DNA from: a virus
Taxonomy: Duplodnaviria > Heunggongvirae > Uroviricota > Caudoviricetes
Virus record (IMG/VR): IMGVR_UViG_3300035698_035307
Location: 1 to 23,520 of that record
Direction: 5' to 3' (one strand)
DNA length: 23,520 bases
Shown one piece after another: positions 1-7,843 of the stretch. Each line of letters begins with the position of its first letter. Positions within the stretch are counted from its first letter, which is position 1. The position numbers and the translations under genes were made by a program. The notes under the pieces are model-generated. The model saw only the letters and a program-made list of their open reading frames with translations. It ran no database searches and had not been told where the DNA came from.

Positions 1-32
1 ATAGTACTATAATATCATAATATGTTAGGTAT

Positions 33-40
33 TATATATC
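33..40 (-). promoter_or_regulatory. GATATATA putative late promoter pointing out of the window
   Basis: Same octamer recurs shortly upstream of several minus-strand starts (869, 4883, 6586, 14795, 15879). Confidence 0.5.
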
Positions 41-45
41 CCCCA

Positions 46-79
46 CCTAGGAAGCAAATGCTTCCTAAGGAGTTTTTTT
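46..79 (+). terminator. Intrinsic terminator hairpin with U-tract on the plus strand
   Basis: TAGGAAGCA-aa-TGCTTCCTA followed by T7 at 73-79, just past the hsp20 stop. Confidence 0.55.
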
Positions 80-86
80 CAGACAT

Positions 87-476
87 TTAGTCAATTGTAA
101 CTGAACGCTTCTGTAACTTAGCGTTTTTAGTAATTGTAACTACTAACAAACCTTGTTCAAGTTTTGCTTTAACGCCGTCATTGTCACCATCGTTTGGTAT
201 CTTAAACTGGTTTGTGAAAGATTTCTTCCAGAAGGTTTCTTCTTCTCTTTCTACTACAGCAGTAAGAGTTAAGATGTCATTTTCAAGTATTACATCAATC
301 TCACTTCTTTCAAATCCTGGTACTGCAAATTCTAAGCGATAGTTCTCAGGTGTTGAATATGCTTTATGTCTTTTTACATCTTGTTGACTAAACATTCCAG
401 GTTTACCACCAAAAATATGTTCGAAATTCTTGAAGATGTCTTCAAAGTTTGCATTGTTAATTTTATCGTGTTCCAT
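87..476 (-). CDS. Small heat shock protein (Hsp20/alpha-crystallin)
   Basis: AVPGFERSEIDV, FTNQFKIP, VKAKLEQGLLVVTITK alpha-crystallin motifs; C-terminal VTID (IxI-like). Confidence 0.92.
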   Translation of the reverse strand: MEHDKINNANFEDIFKNFEHIFGGKPGMFSQQDVKRHKAYSTPENYRLEFAVPGFERSEIDVILENDILTLTAVVEREEETFWKKSFTNQFKIPNDGDNDGVKAKLEQGLLVVTITKNAKLQKRSVTID

Positions 477-517
477 ATTAATATTATTTTTGTTTGTTAA
501 CGTACATGGTATATAGT

Positions 518-558
518 ATCAAAACCATGCCAATTACTAAATGGTGACACATTGTCAC
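518..558 (-). promoter_or_regulatory. Inverted repeat GTGACA-N3-TGTCAC plus TGGCA-containing (sigma54-like) element upstream of hsp20
   Basis: Perfect inverted repeat at 544-558; TGGCATGGTTTTGAT at 532-518 (GG-N9-GA, one base short of canonical GG-N10-GC). Confidence 0.4.
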
Positions 559-566
559 TCTAGCCT

Positions 567-589
567 AAAAAAGTGGTCGTTAGACCACT
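567..589 (-). terminator. Intrinsic terminator
   Basis: Minus strand GTGGTC-taac-GACCAC-TTTTTT downstream of ORF 608-823. Confidence 0.75.
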
Positions 590-607
590 CTTATAGTGTA
601 TTTAAGA

Positions 608-823
608 TTACTCTTTAACTACCTTATCTTTCTTCAGCTTCTTATCAGCTTTCTTCTCACCAGCTGGTGCTTCAGGTTTAGGTTCTGGTGGTGTAAATAC
701 TCTTATTGCCTTTGCAATAACTTCAGCATCTTCTAATGAGTATGCTCCTTTGCTTTGTCCAACTTTAGCTGCTTGTACTAAAACTCCAAGTGCTTGTTCT
801 TGGTTCATTGCTTCGTTTGCCAT
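608..823 (-). CDS. Hypothetical small protein, helical N-terminus with Pro/Lys-rich tail
   Basis: Own promoter motifs upstream and terminator downstream; A-rich leader. Confidence 0.8.
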   Translation of the reverse strand: MANEAMNQEQALGVLVQAAKVGQSKGAYSLEDAEVIAKAIRVFTPPEPKPEAPAGEKKADKKLKKDKVVKE

Positions 824-861
824 AATTCTATTGTTTTTGTTTTTAAATTTAATGTACGTTA

Positions 862-889
862 ATTATAGTATATATCAGCTGTTTGTTTC
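862..889 (-). promoter_or_regulatory. GAAAC-N17-TATAAT promoter with nested GATATATA (869-876)
   Basis: Minus strand tGAAACaaacagctGATATATAcTATAAT; same architecture at 19488, 20553, 21802. Confidence 0.6.
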
Positions 890-918
890 AATAACCGGCT
901 GATTTTATTATTTTTCAG

Positions 919-1857
919 TTATAATGATAATATCATATCAACTATTTCAGGTTGTGGGAATAAATCTACCTTACCTTTTCTTACATTGGCATGAGTCCAC
1001 ATACCAGGATGATTTCTTACGTATTGTAAATCACAAAAATCAAAAGCTATATGAGCACCTTTAGATATAATCATTTCCTGTAAACCTTTTTTCATATCGA
1101 TGTTATCTCTTTCAGCTACATCTTGAATTAATTCCTTTAAAGTTGAAACTTGCTTATCAGAGTATCTGTGCCACGCTTTATAACCTCTAAATTCTTTATC
1201 AAGAATCACAACTTGTTCTTTCTCAACTCTTCCACCTACATAAGTATAATACTCATCTGGGTCAAACGTTATGAATGTTTTCTTACCAGCTGCTCGTTTG
1301 TAATAACCGCCCTTTGTTAATTGACCGAAGTTACATAATTCTACACCTACTGATTCTCTATGCATTGGGTGATTACCTGTACCAAGATGCCAGCCCATTG
1401 CTTTATCTGGGAAACACTTAACTAATGTTCCATCATATTTACTTGCAGTACCTTTTATGGATTGACCACCTATTACAAATTCAGTTGCAACAGGTCCTCT
1501 ACTATCATTAGCCCAATTCGTTACTGTTTTAAATGGATTTTCCCATCCAGCTGTATGATGTAAGAACATCCAGTGCTTATCGTAAGGACCTTTAATAAAT
1601 TCACCTTTTGGTAAGTAAGCTATAATATCGTCAAAGTTGACATCATTACCTACAGTCTCTGCACCGTCAGTAGTTGCAAGTTGCATTGCAGCCCATGTAT
1701 TTGGTCCAACTATACCATCTGCAGATAAGTGATTTAGTTTCTGCCAAGCTATAACAGCTTTTTCTGTATTTGGTCCAAAATCACCATCAGCTTTAAGTTC
1801 TAACAATTCTTGAAGTGCTTTGACTTCATTTCCTTTACTCCCTAATTTTAATATCAT
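919..1857 (-). CDS. Endolysin: N-terminal peptidoglycan-binding domain plus Zn N-acetylmuramoyl-L-alanine amidase (Amidase_2)
   Basis: LKLGSKGNEVKALQ, ADGDFGPNT, ADGIVGPNTW (PG_binding_1); LHHTAG, WHLG, SVGVELCN, THANVRKGKVD amidase motifs; ATG at 1857 preferred, AATATATA 20 nt upstream. Confidence 0.92.
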   Translation of the reverse strand: MILKLGSKGNEVKALQELLELKADGDFGPNTEKAVIAWQKLNHLSADGIVGPNTWAAMQLATTDGAETVGNDVNFDDIIAYLPKGEFIKGPYDKHWMFLHHTAGWENPFKTVTNWANDSRGPVATEFVIGGQSIKGTASKYDGTLVKCFPDKAMGWHLGTGNHPMHRESVGVELCNFGQLTKGGYYKRAAGKKTFITFDPDEYYTYVGGRVEKEQVVILDKEFRGYKAWHRYSDKQVSTLKELIQDVAERDNIDMKKGLQEMIISKGAHIAFDFCDLQYVRNHPGMWTHANVRKGKVDLFPQPEIVDMILSL

Positions 1858-2341
1858 TCTCAAAGTATTTTTTGTTTATATATTCTTCCCAGTACTGCTT
1901 CTCCATAACAAATTCGTTAACGTTAGTACCTTTATAATCAATCGTTGTGTCATCATCCATTCCATGTCCAGTGAGCACTTGTATTTTAGCTTTAATGTTA
2001 TAAGACGGTCTAATCTGTAATAACTTCTTAAGATGTGGATTGTATCTGCTAAAAAGATTTAACTGTTCTCTTGCTTTCCCAGCATATGCAAATCTGAATC
2101 TAACGTTTGCATAAAGGCATATCTTATCAAAATGAGTTGGGTCGAACATAAACCAAGCATCTCCCATATACTGGCTGTTGTGAGGTTTAAATCCTGATGC
2201 AAGATGATAGATGTATTCTAACTTAGTTAAATTCTGACCAGACTCAACTGGGCCATCATATTCAGAATTAGTTAATTCCAAACTTGAAATAGGTTCAGTA
2301 AGGTATAAATATTTTGGGATTTCAATTTCGTTTACAAACAT
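1835..2341 (-). CDS. Hypothetical phage protein
   Basis: Tightly packed between flanking genes in a co-directional operon. Confidence 0.75.
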   Translation of the reverse strand: MFVNEIEIPKYLYLTEPISSLELTNSEYDGPVESGQNLTKLEYIYHLASGFKPHNSQYMGDAWFMFDPTHFDKICLYANVRFRFAYAGKAREQLNLFSRYNPHLKKLLQIRPSYNIKAKIQVLTGHGMDDDTTIDYKGTNVNEFVMEKQYWEEYINKKYFENDIKIRE

Positions 2342-2342
2342 T

Positions 2343-3158
2343 CTATGGGTTTTCTAAGTCATTTACTCTTTCTGATAATTCAGAAATTTCTTGTTGCATT
2401 GAATCATCTCGTGCATTCATCAAAACAATAATGTCATATAATGTACTACTCCTTTGGTCCATTAGATTACAACATTCTCTTACACAGTCCCAAACATATT
2501 GAATTAATTTAAACATAGTTTCAAGTACCTTTAAATTTTCACTACAACAGTCAGCTGTATCATTACTTCCACCGCAGCTGCATAATTTTTGATAGTATCT
2601 ATCTAATTCTGCTTGATACTGTACAGTTTGGTCTATACGTTCTATTAAGAATGCATTTCTTATTGCAACTTTACTTACAGCTTGACCTTTACTATTTATA
2701 ATAGGATTTTCAAACTCAATGAACTTTGTGATTTTAATATCACAGCATTCTTCAGCTGTTGCTGCAACTGAAGGTACCGCTACAGATACAAGAGATGTCG
2801 GTGCAGACTTTAGTTTTGGATTTAATGGTAAAACGCAAACTCCTAAAGTATAATTCCAAGTACCACCATTTCCTATACAATCCTTTAATTCTTGTGCAGA
2901 AGGTTTTGATATAGGTAAGATACATTCACATGCAGTATAATCCCAAAGACCACCTTGTGATTTACAAGCTTCTAATTCTTTTGCAGTTGGTAAACATGGT
3001 TCTTCTCCAGCTTCACAACATTTTTTTAATTCTTGAAGTAATTCATTTACTTCTTTTAATGACATATCAATTCTTGCTCTGCAATCACCAGCTGCGTCTT
3101 CAGTTTGTTTAACTAAGTCAGTATAATGTTGCAATAAAATTTCAGTTGGTGTTGCCAT
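2343..3158 (-). CDS. Cys-rich coiled-coil protein with two tandem CxxxGGxW repeats, possibly virion-associated
   Basis: 18 Cys including four CC pairs; heptad-like ends; adjacent to a BppU-like gene. Confidence 0.75.
   Translation of the reverse strand: MATPTEILLQHYTDLVKQTEDAAGDCRARIDMSLKEVNELLQELKKCCEAGEEPCLPTAKELEACKSQGGLWDYTACECILPISKPSAQELKDCIGNGGTWNYTLGVCVLPLNPKLKSAPTSLVSVAVPSVAATAEECCDIKITKFIEFENPIINSKGQAVSKVAIRNAFLIERIDQTVQYQAELDRYYQKLCSCGGSNDTADCCSENLKVLETMFKLIQYVWDCVRECCNLMDQRSSTLYDIIVLMNARDDSMQQEISELSERVNDLENP
2826..2990 (-). repeat. Two intragenic repeats with 29-aa period
   Basis: PTAKELEACKSQGGLWDYTACECILP versus PSAQELKDCIGNGGTWNYTLGVCVLP. Confidence 0.85.
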
Positions 3159-3160
3159 GT

Positions 3161-3613
3161 TTATTGAAAGTTAAGTTCTGTATATTTAATGTTGCCAATG
3201 ATTACACAACCAAATGTGATTATTTCTTCTCTACCTGTTACAGCTGTATCTCTTTTAATTCTAATTGTTGCAAATAAGTCTCCACTTACAAGGTTAGTTG
3301 TAAATTCAGGTGGCAAATATAAACTAATAACACCCTTATCTGTCATTGAAGTTCCTGTTCCTGTTTGAATAATATCAATTGTTTCATCACCAGTTGTATC
3401 TGGCCATGTATATTGTAAGCTATAGTCTTTATCTAAACCATAAATTAACACTTCAATTTCATTTAGAGTATTCAAATCTAATGGATTCCCAGCCTTATCA
3501 AGTAATGTCAATGGTATATTTGCATTGTCACCTTGATATACATTTGGTATGCAAATTCTACTTACTAAGTAATTACCGCAACTACTTACGGTTGTTGTAC
3601 ATGATGCGCTCAT
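3161..3613 (-). CDS. BppU N-terminal-like (baseplate/fibre adaptor) structural protein
   Basis: VYQGDNANIPLTLLDKAGNPLDLN matches the BppU_N-type pattern; beta-rich composition. Confidence 0.55.
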   Translation of the reverse strand: MSASCTTTVSSCGNYLVSRICIPNVYQGDNANIPLTLLDKAGNPLDLNTLNEIEVLIYGLDKDYSLQYTWPDTTGDETIDIIQTGTGTSMTDKGVISLYLPPEFTTNLVSGDLFATIRIKRDTAVTGREEIITFGCVIIGNIKYTELNFQ

Positions 3614-3615
3614 TA

Positions 3616-4305
3616 TTATTTAGGATTTTTTTTCGTTGTCGTTATATAAGATTTCTTCTTCTTTCCTGTCTTTACAGTATCATCTACTGGTTTTTCCTTT
3701 TCAGCTGCCTTTGGCTGCTGTAGGCTAGCCTCAGGAGCTTTCTTTAATATAGGTTCAACTTTAACAACATTATCTTCTTCTTTTTCAATATGTTCTTCTT
3801 CCTTTTTAGGTTTCGTATCAAACATATCGTCAAATAAATCTGGTTTCTTTTTCTTCTCTTCTTTTTTCTTATCATCAGGCTTAATATAATCTACGAGAGA
3901 TTTAATATAACCTAAAGCAACTAATGGTAAAATTGCACCACTTAAAAGTGCTAATATTCTCTTCTGTGCTATTTCACTAAAATCAGTTAAGCCAAAGAGT
4001 TCGACAAATCCCACATAATCATGGGCTGAGACATACGTCGAATACATATTACCCATTGCTTGAAACAGAGTCAGTACTATGAATAATGTCCAAACTAATG
4101 GCTTGTTTGTTTTTTCTAAGACAGTAATCGAAGCTAAAGATGCTGCAGCCCCCATTTCAAATCCAATCGCTAAAGATAATGCTAAAGCAAATGTATTTGT
4201 CATTAAGAAAAAATCAACCACGTGAATTGTCGAAATTATAGAAACACCGAAATAAAGCAGTGTCATTATAAGTATCACAAACCAGTGGACAAATTTATTT
4301 TTCAT
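3616..4305 (-). CDS. Four-TM membrane protein with charged cytoplasmic tail
   Basis: Four hydrophobic segments in the first ~140 aa, then Lys/Glu-rich low-complexity tail. Confidence 0.8.
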   Translation of the reverse strand: MKNKFVHWFVILIMTLLYFGVSIISTIHVVDFFLMTNTFALALSLAIGFEMGAAASLASITVLEKTNKPLVWTLFIVLTLFQAMGNMYSTYVSAHDYVGFVELFGLTDFSEIAQKRILALLSGAILPLVALGYIKSLVDYIKPDDKKKEEKKKKPDLFDDMFDTKPKKEEEHIEKEEDNVVKVEPILKKAPEASLQQPKAAEKEKPVDDTVKTGKKKKSYITTTKKNPK

Positions 4306-4615
4306 CGTCTTCTTCTATTTTACTTTTTACTGTAGATAAACTTGTTCTACCTTTATCTAAGTCATCTTCATAAACAAGAAAGTCAAACATAACTCTTTGC
4401 ATCTCATCCTTTACTTGTTTAGGTGTAGCAGGGATTATCTTTGCATCTTCTCTAGCTGCCTCTACTACAATAAAGCTATCTACTGTATGCTGTAGAGTAG
4501 TATTATTATCTTGTACAGTATTTATCTTACTGTTTACACTGCAGGTTTGAAAGAATAAAACAAGGATGAAAAACATACTTGCTATCATAAAACCTGTAAA
4601 TAAATTTTTATTCAT
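4295..4615 (-). CDS. Membrane-anchored or lipoprotein-like coiled-coil protein
   Basis: N-terminal hydrophobic helix ending FFQTC followed by coiled coil. Confidence 0.7.
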   Translation of the reverse strand: MNKNLFTGFMIASMFFILVLFFQTCSVNSKINTVQDNNTTLQHTVDSFIVVEAAREDAKIIPATPKQVKDEMQRVMFDFLVYEDDLDKGRTSLSTVKSKIEEDDEK

Positions 4616-4617
4616 TT

Positions 4618-4863
4618 TTATTTCTCCTTCTTTTTGCCTTTGAATCTACCTGATGTATTCGTATCCATTGAGTCTTTATCTTGGCAGTCACATGGGTATC
4701 TTTCACCACACCTAGGACATTTATTATCTTTCTTTTGTAAATAATCGTCCTGTTCGTCTTCAAGCTTGCCATCATCTTTAATGTCATCACCTTCGGTTTC
4801 AGTATCATCAACGCTTTTCTTTTCAGCTAACCATTGATTAAAATCCTTTACTATATTTCCCAT
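4618..4863 (-). CDS. Small acidic protein with capsid-targeting-like leader and CxxC-x5-CxC motif
   Basis: MGNIVKDFNQWLAE leader; CPRCGERYPCDC; GATATATA 20 nt upstream. Confidence 0.75.
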   Translation of the reverse strand: MGNIVKDFNQWLAEKKSVDDTETEGDDIKDDGKLEDEQDDYLQKKDNKCPRCGERYPCDCQDKDSMDTNTSGRFKGKKKEK

Positions 4864-4877
4864 AGTTATTCTATATT

Positions 4878-5618
4878 TTAGTTATATATCTCTAAAGGTG
4901 GGAACATCTGGTAAAACGTTTTCAACCTTGCAAGAAACATCTTATAATATTTCTTTAGGTCATTGAAAGTAAGTATAAATTTCTGGACTCCTCCTAATTC
5001 ATTTGCAATCCAAATCTCTGCACCGTCTGGTTTGATACCATGCTTATCCCAGATAGCTATCGCGTATGCTGCTGTTTGCATCTTATAGTCATCAATCCAC
5101 TTTTCAGCTTTCCATTTAAGAGATGTTTTAAAATCGATGACAACAAAAAGCCCATCAATTAAGTAACTTGCATTGTCCACTGTTCCTGCATATCCCCCGC
5201 CTATTTTAGTCCATAAGAACTCTTCTTGAAATAATACTTCTTCGATTGATTCTAGGTAATCAGGTGAGTTGTAAACTTGGTAGAATAACTTCATACCTTG
5301 TTTTTTCATGTGTTCTTCTAAAGGAACAATTTCCTCATCTTGTTTTGTAAGGTCGAATGTTATTTCTAAACGTTCGTCCTCATCTTTAATATGCAAGTGA
5401 TTCAAATAGACTTCTAATAACTTATGCATCATAGTACCTCTACCACCTGCATCTTTAGTTATCTTTTCAGCGGCTTCGTGGCCGATTTTATCTCGCCATC
5501 TATCAAGACCTGATTGGTCTTTTGTGTTCTTCAGAACCGTTGTAACACTAGGAAAGGCACCTTGTCCTTCGACTTTATAGTACCTTTTCCCATTATGTTG
5601 GATTCTTTCTATGTTCAT
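4878..5618 (-). CDS. PD-(D/E)XK exonuclease-family nuclease
   Basis: PSVTTVL, RGTMMH, QEEFL, YAGTVD, IDFKTS, QTAAY motifs; no Fe-S cysteines. Confidence 0.9.
   Translation of the reverse strand: MNIERIQHNGKRYYKVEGQGAFPSVTTVLKNTKDQSGLDRWRDKIGHEAAEKITKDAGGRGTMMHKLLEVYLNHLHIKDEDERLEITFDLTKQDEEIVPLEEHMKKQGMKLFYQVYNSPDYLESIEEVLFQEEFLWTKIGGGYAGTVDNASYLIDGLFVVIDFKTSLKWKAEKWIDDYKMQTAAYAIAIWDKHGIKPDGAEIWIANELGGVQKFILTFNDLKKYYKMFLARLKTFYQMFPPLEIYN
4883..4890 (-). promoter_or_regulatory. GATATATA putative late promoter
   Basis: 20 nt upstream of ATG 4863, inside the 3' end of the nuclease gene. Confidence 0.6.
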
Positions 5619-6076
5619 TATAAGTAAGAGCTAATTGACTCCCAGAAGGAAGTTAAATCTACATTAGCTGAAACTACATTATAAGTTATCTTAACAGCCC
5701 ATAATAAAGCACCTACTTTAACTATATTCCAAATGAATTTCCAAACACTCAGATTATCTAATTCTGGATATAATAAAATCAAGAATGCATTCACGCCAGG
5801 TTCTGTGATGTTTCTAAGTTCAGGTACAGCATAATCTGCTAAACCACATTTCAGTAAAATCTCATTATAAGGTTTTAACTGTTGAAGTACCCAAGCTTCT
5901 TTAACATATGAGTTGTTGTTAGCAACTTCTTCGGGTACATTAACGACCGTATAGATTCTACCAAGCTTATCAACGCGAAGATTGTTTTCATTTAAAAAAC
6001 CTTCAGCTCTTTTAGCCCCTTTATAAAATTTTCTCCAGATTTTTAATTCTCTGTATAGTGTAATAAAATACTTCAT
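5618..6076 (-). CDS. Hypothetical protein with C-terminal hydrophobic helix
   Basis: TAATG coupling to the nuclease gene. Confidence 0.75.
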   Translation of the reverse strand: MKYFITLYRELKIWRKFYKGAKRAEGFLNENNLRVDKLGRIYTVVNVPEEVANNNSYVKEAWVLQQLKPYNEILLKCGLADYAVPELRNITEPGVNAFLILLYPELDNLSVWKFIWNIVKVGALLWAVKITYNVVSANVDLTSFWESISSYL

Positions 6077-6565
6077 TTACCAAATAATTTCAATATCGTC
6101 AGCTTCTTCTTTACCCAATGTAGCTTGAAATTCTGCTTCAGCTGATTTGGCTTCTTTGTTGGCTGCGATTAGTTTAACTTTAATTTTTTCTCTCTTTGCA
6201 ACATCTTCTTTTGGAGTAGATAAAAACTCTTTTGTAATTTTCTGAACTCCTAATTGAGCTGCATGATGCTTATCAATTGCTTTTAATAATACTTTTGATA
6301 CTGTAGCTTTTGCTTCAAATACTTCAGGATATAATTCTTCAAGGTCTTCATAACCTGAATCTTCTAACCATCTCTTTAAATCTTTTTTACTTCCAGTAAC
6401 GAATGCTTGTGCTCCTTTTCCAAACTCTATAGATACTTTATGTTGTCTATTCCATTTGTCACATTCTTCAGGTGAATCCTGGCATGCGTAATCAACATCG
6501 ATTGTTATCTTCTTTGCTTCGTTCAAGTCGTGGAACTCATTAAAATTCTTTACAATATTTCCCAT
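6077..6565 (-). CDS. Putative internal head protein with capsid-targeting-like leader
   Basis: Start re-called at 6565 (MGNIVKNFNEFHDLNEAK), which removes the overlap with the sigma gene; GATATATA at 6586-6593; internal VFEAK site. Confidence 0.75.
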   Translation of the reverse strand: MGNIVKNFNEFHDLNEAKKITIDVDYACQDSPEECDKWNRQHKVSIEFGKGAQAFVTGSKKDLKRWLEDSGYEDLEELYPEVFEAKATVSKVLLKAIDKHHAAQLGVQKITKEFLSTPKEDVAKREKIKVKLIAANKEAKSAEAEFQATLGKEEADDIEIIW

Positions 6566-6585
6566 TTTTGATATATTATTTTTTT

Positions 6586-6593
6586 TATATATC
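6586..6593 (-). promoter_or_regulatory. GATATATA putative late promoter
   Basis: About 20 nt upstream of ATG 6565. Confidence 0.6.
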
Positions 6594-6596
6594 TTC

Positions 6597-7310
6597 CTAG
6601 ACACATTCCTCTTGGTACTTTTCAATTATCATTCTGCTGAGCATTTCTCTACCTCTCTTAATTCTATTCTTAACTCTCTGTAATGCTCGCTTATATTCTT
6701 TGTTGTAAAATGCTTCGCCTATTTCTTTTCTATCGAACTCCTCCTTATATGTTTCAATATTATCATCATGTTTGAACATAATATCTTTGTAACACATTCC
6801 ACCTATAATTCTATCATGTATGATATCTTTATAAAGAGGGCTTAAGTACTGAATACTATCGATAGCGATATTATATTTATCTTGTACCTCGTTATACTCA
6901 TCTAAAAAGTCTTGTTCTTCTTTGATGTCTTCCATTTCATAGTGATGAACACCATGTACAAATTCTCCACCCATTGAAGGTGTAATTCCTTTTTCGTTGA
7001 AATATTCGAGACTTGTTTTTCTCTTTTGTTTTTTAATGTATGACAAACAGTCATTCTTAGCTATTCTAAATGCCCAAGTTGTTATCTGTCCTTTTTCAGG
7101 ATGATATTTGTCAATTTGTGTGAATACTTTTGAAAAAGTATCAGCTGTCAAATCTTCAGCAGCATCTCTATCTTTTACAAAACCTTTAATATAGTTCATT
7201 AAACTAGGTTTCATTTTGATGTAAAGTTTGCTAAATGTTGTGTTGCTACGGCTCTCTTTGAACTCGTTTGCAAGCTGTGAATACGTTTCTTTCATTGCCT
7301 TTTTACTCAT
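6597..7310 (-). CDS. ECF-type (group 4) sigma-70 family factor
   Basis: Region 2 DAAEDLTADTFSKVF and TTWAFRIAKNDCLSYIKK; region 4 LSPLYKDII, YKDI, VKNRIKRGREML. Confidence 0.88.
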   Translation of the reverse strand: MSKKAMKETYSQLANEFKESRSNTTFSKLYIKMKPSLMNYIKGFVKDRDAAEDLTADTFSKVFTQIDKYHPEKGQITTWAFRIAKNDCLSYIKKQKRKTSLEYFNEKGITPSMGGEFVHGVHHYEMEDIKEEQDFLDEYNEVQDKYNIAIDSIQYLSPLYKDIIHDRIIGGMCYKDIMFKHDDNIETYKEEFDRKEIGEAFYNKEYKRALQRVKNRIKRGREMLSRMIIEKYQEECV

Positions 7311-7843
7311 TTTTTTTGATTTTTAAAGTCCTTAAATAATTCTATTAATCCACTTATCTCCTGCGGCTGATATGACCAATTGTCAGCACAAGCATTAATT
7401 CTGTTTGAGATAGTTAAATCTGTTGGATGGTCAAATAAACTATGACCGTGAAAGTGAAAAACACCCTTATCTTTTCCGGGCCAATCTAACATTGGCCAAT
7501 GAGATAATATAGTATTTGTCTTTGGTTCTTTATAAAAAGCTAACGGGATAATTTCAATTTTATCTTTTAGATATCTGCTAATTTCTAGAGCTGCATCATC
7601 ATAATCGCCCATCAATAGCTTTATACGGCCATTTAGTCGTATCAAGATATCTTCTGCTTCAAGTGGAGTCCACGCTAAATTTCCTAAATGATAAACAATA
7701 TCATCAGGACCTACTACTGCATTCCACTTTTCTATAATTGCCTCGTTCATTTCTCCGATTGCCTCGAATGGCCTGTTTGCGATATCCAATATCTCAATCC
7801 TTCCTAGAAAAGTATCAGATGTCACGAAAATTTTTCTCTTCAT
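7307..7843 (-). CDS. Calcineurin-like metallophosphoesterase homolog with degenerate metal ligands
   Basis: FVTSD, RPF..EMNE.II.KWN.VVGPDDIVYHLG, SHWPM, HGH scaffold; DxH, GD, GNH and GHxH motifs altered. Confidence 0.85.
   Translation of the reverse strand: MKRKIFVTSDTFLGRIEILDIANRPFEAIGEMNEAIIEKWNAVVGPDDIVYHLGNLAWTPLEAEDILIRLNGRIKLLMGDYDDAALEISRYLKDKIEIIPLAFYKEPKTNTILSHWPMLDWPGKDKGVFHFHGHSLFDHPTDLTISNRINACADNWSYQPQEISGLIELFKDFKNQKK

Noticed and set aside
4608-4811. Alternative-frame minus ORF (67 aa)
   Set aside because: Overlaps 4618-4863, which has the leader motif, promoter and Cys motif
4878-5618. Cas4 assignment
   Set aside because: No four-Cys Fe-S cluster motif; a generic PD-(D/E)XK phage nuclease fits
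6566-6625. N-terminal extension of ORF 6077-6625
   Set aside because: Overlaps the sigma gene and the GATATATA motif; ATG 6565 gives the shared MGNIVK leader
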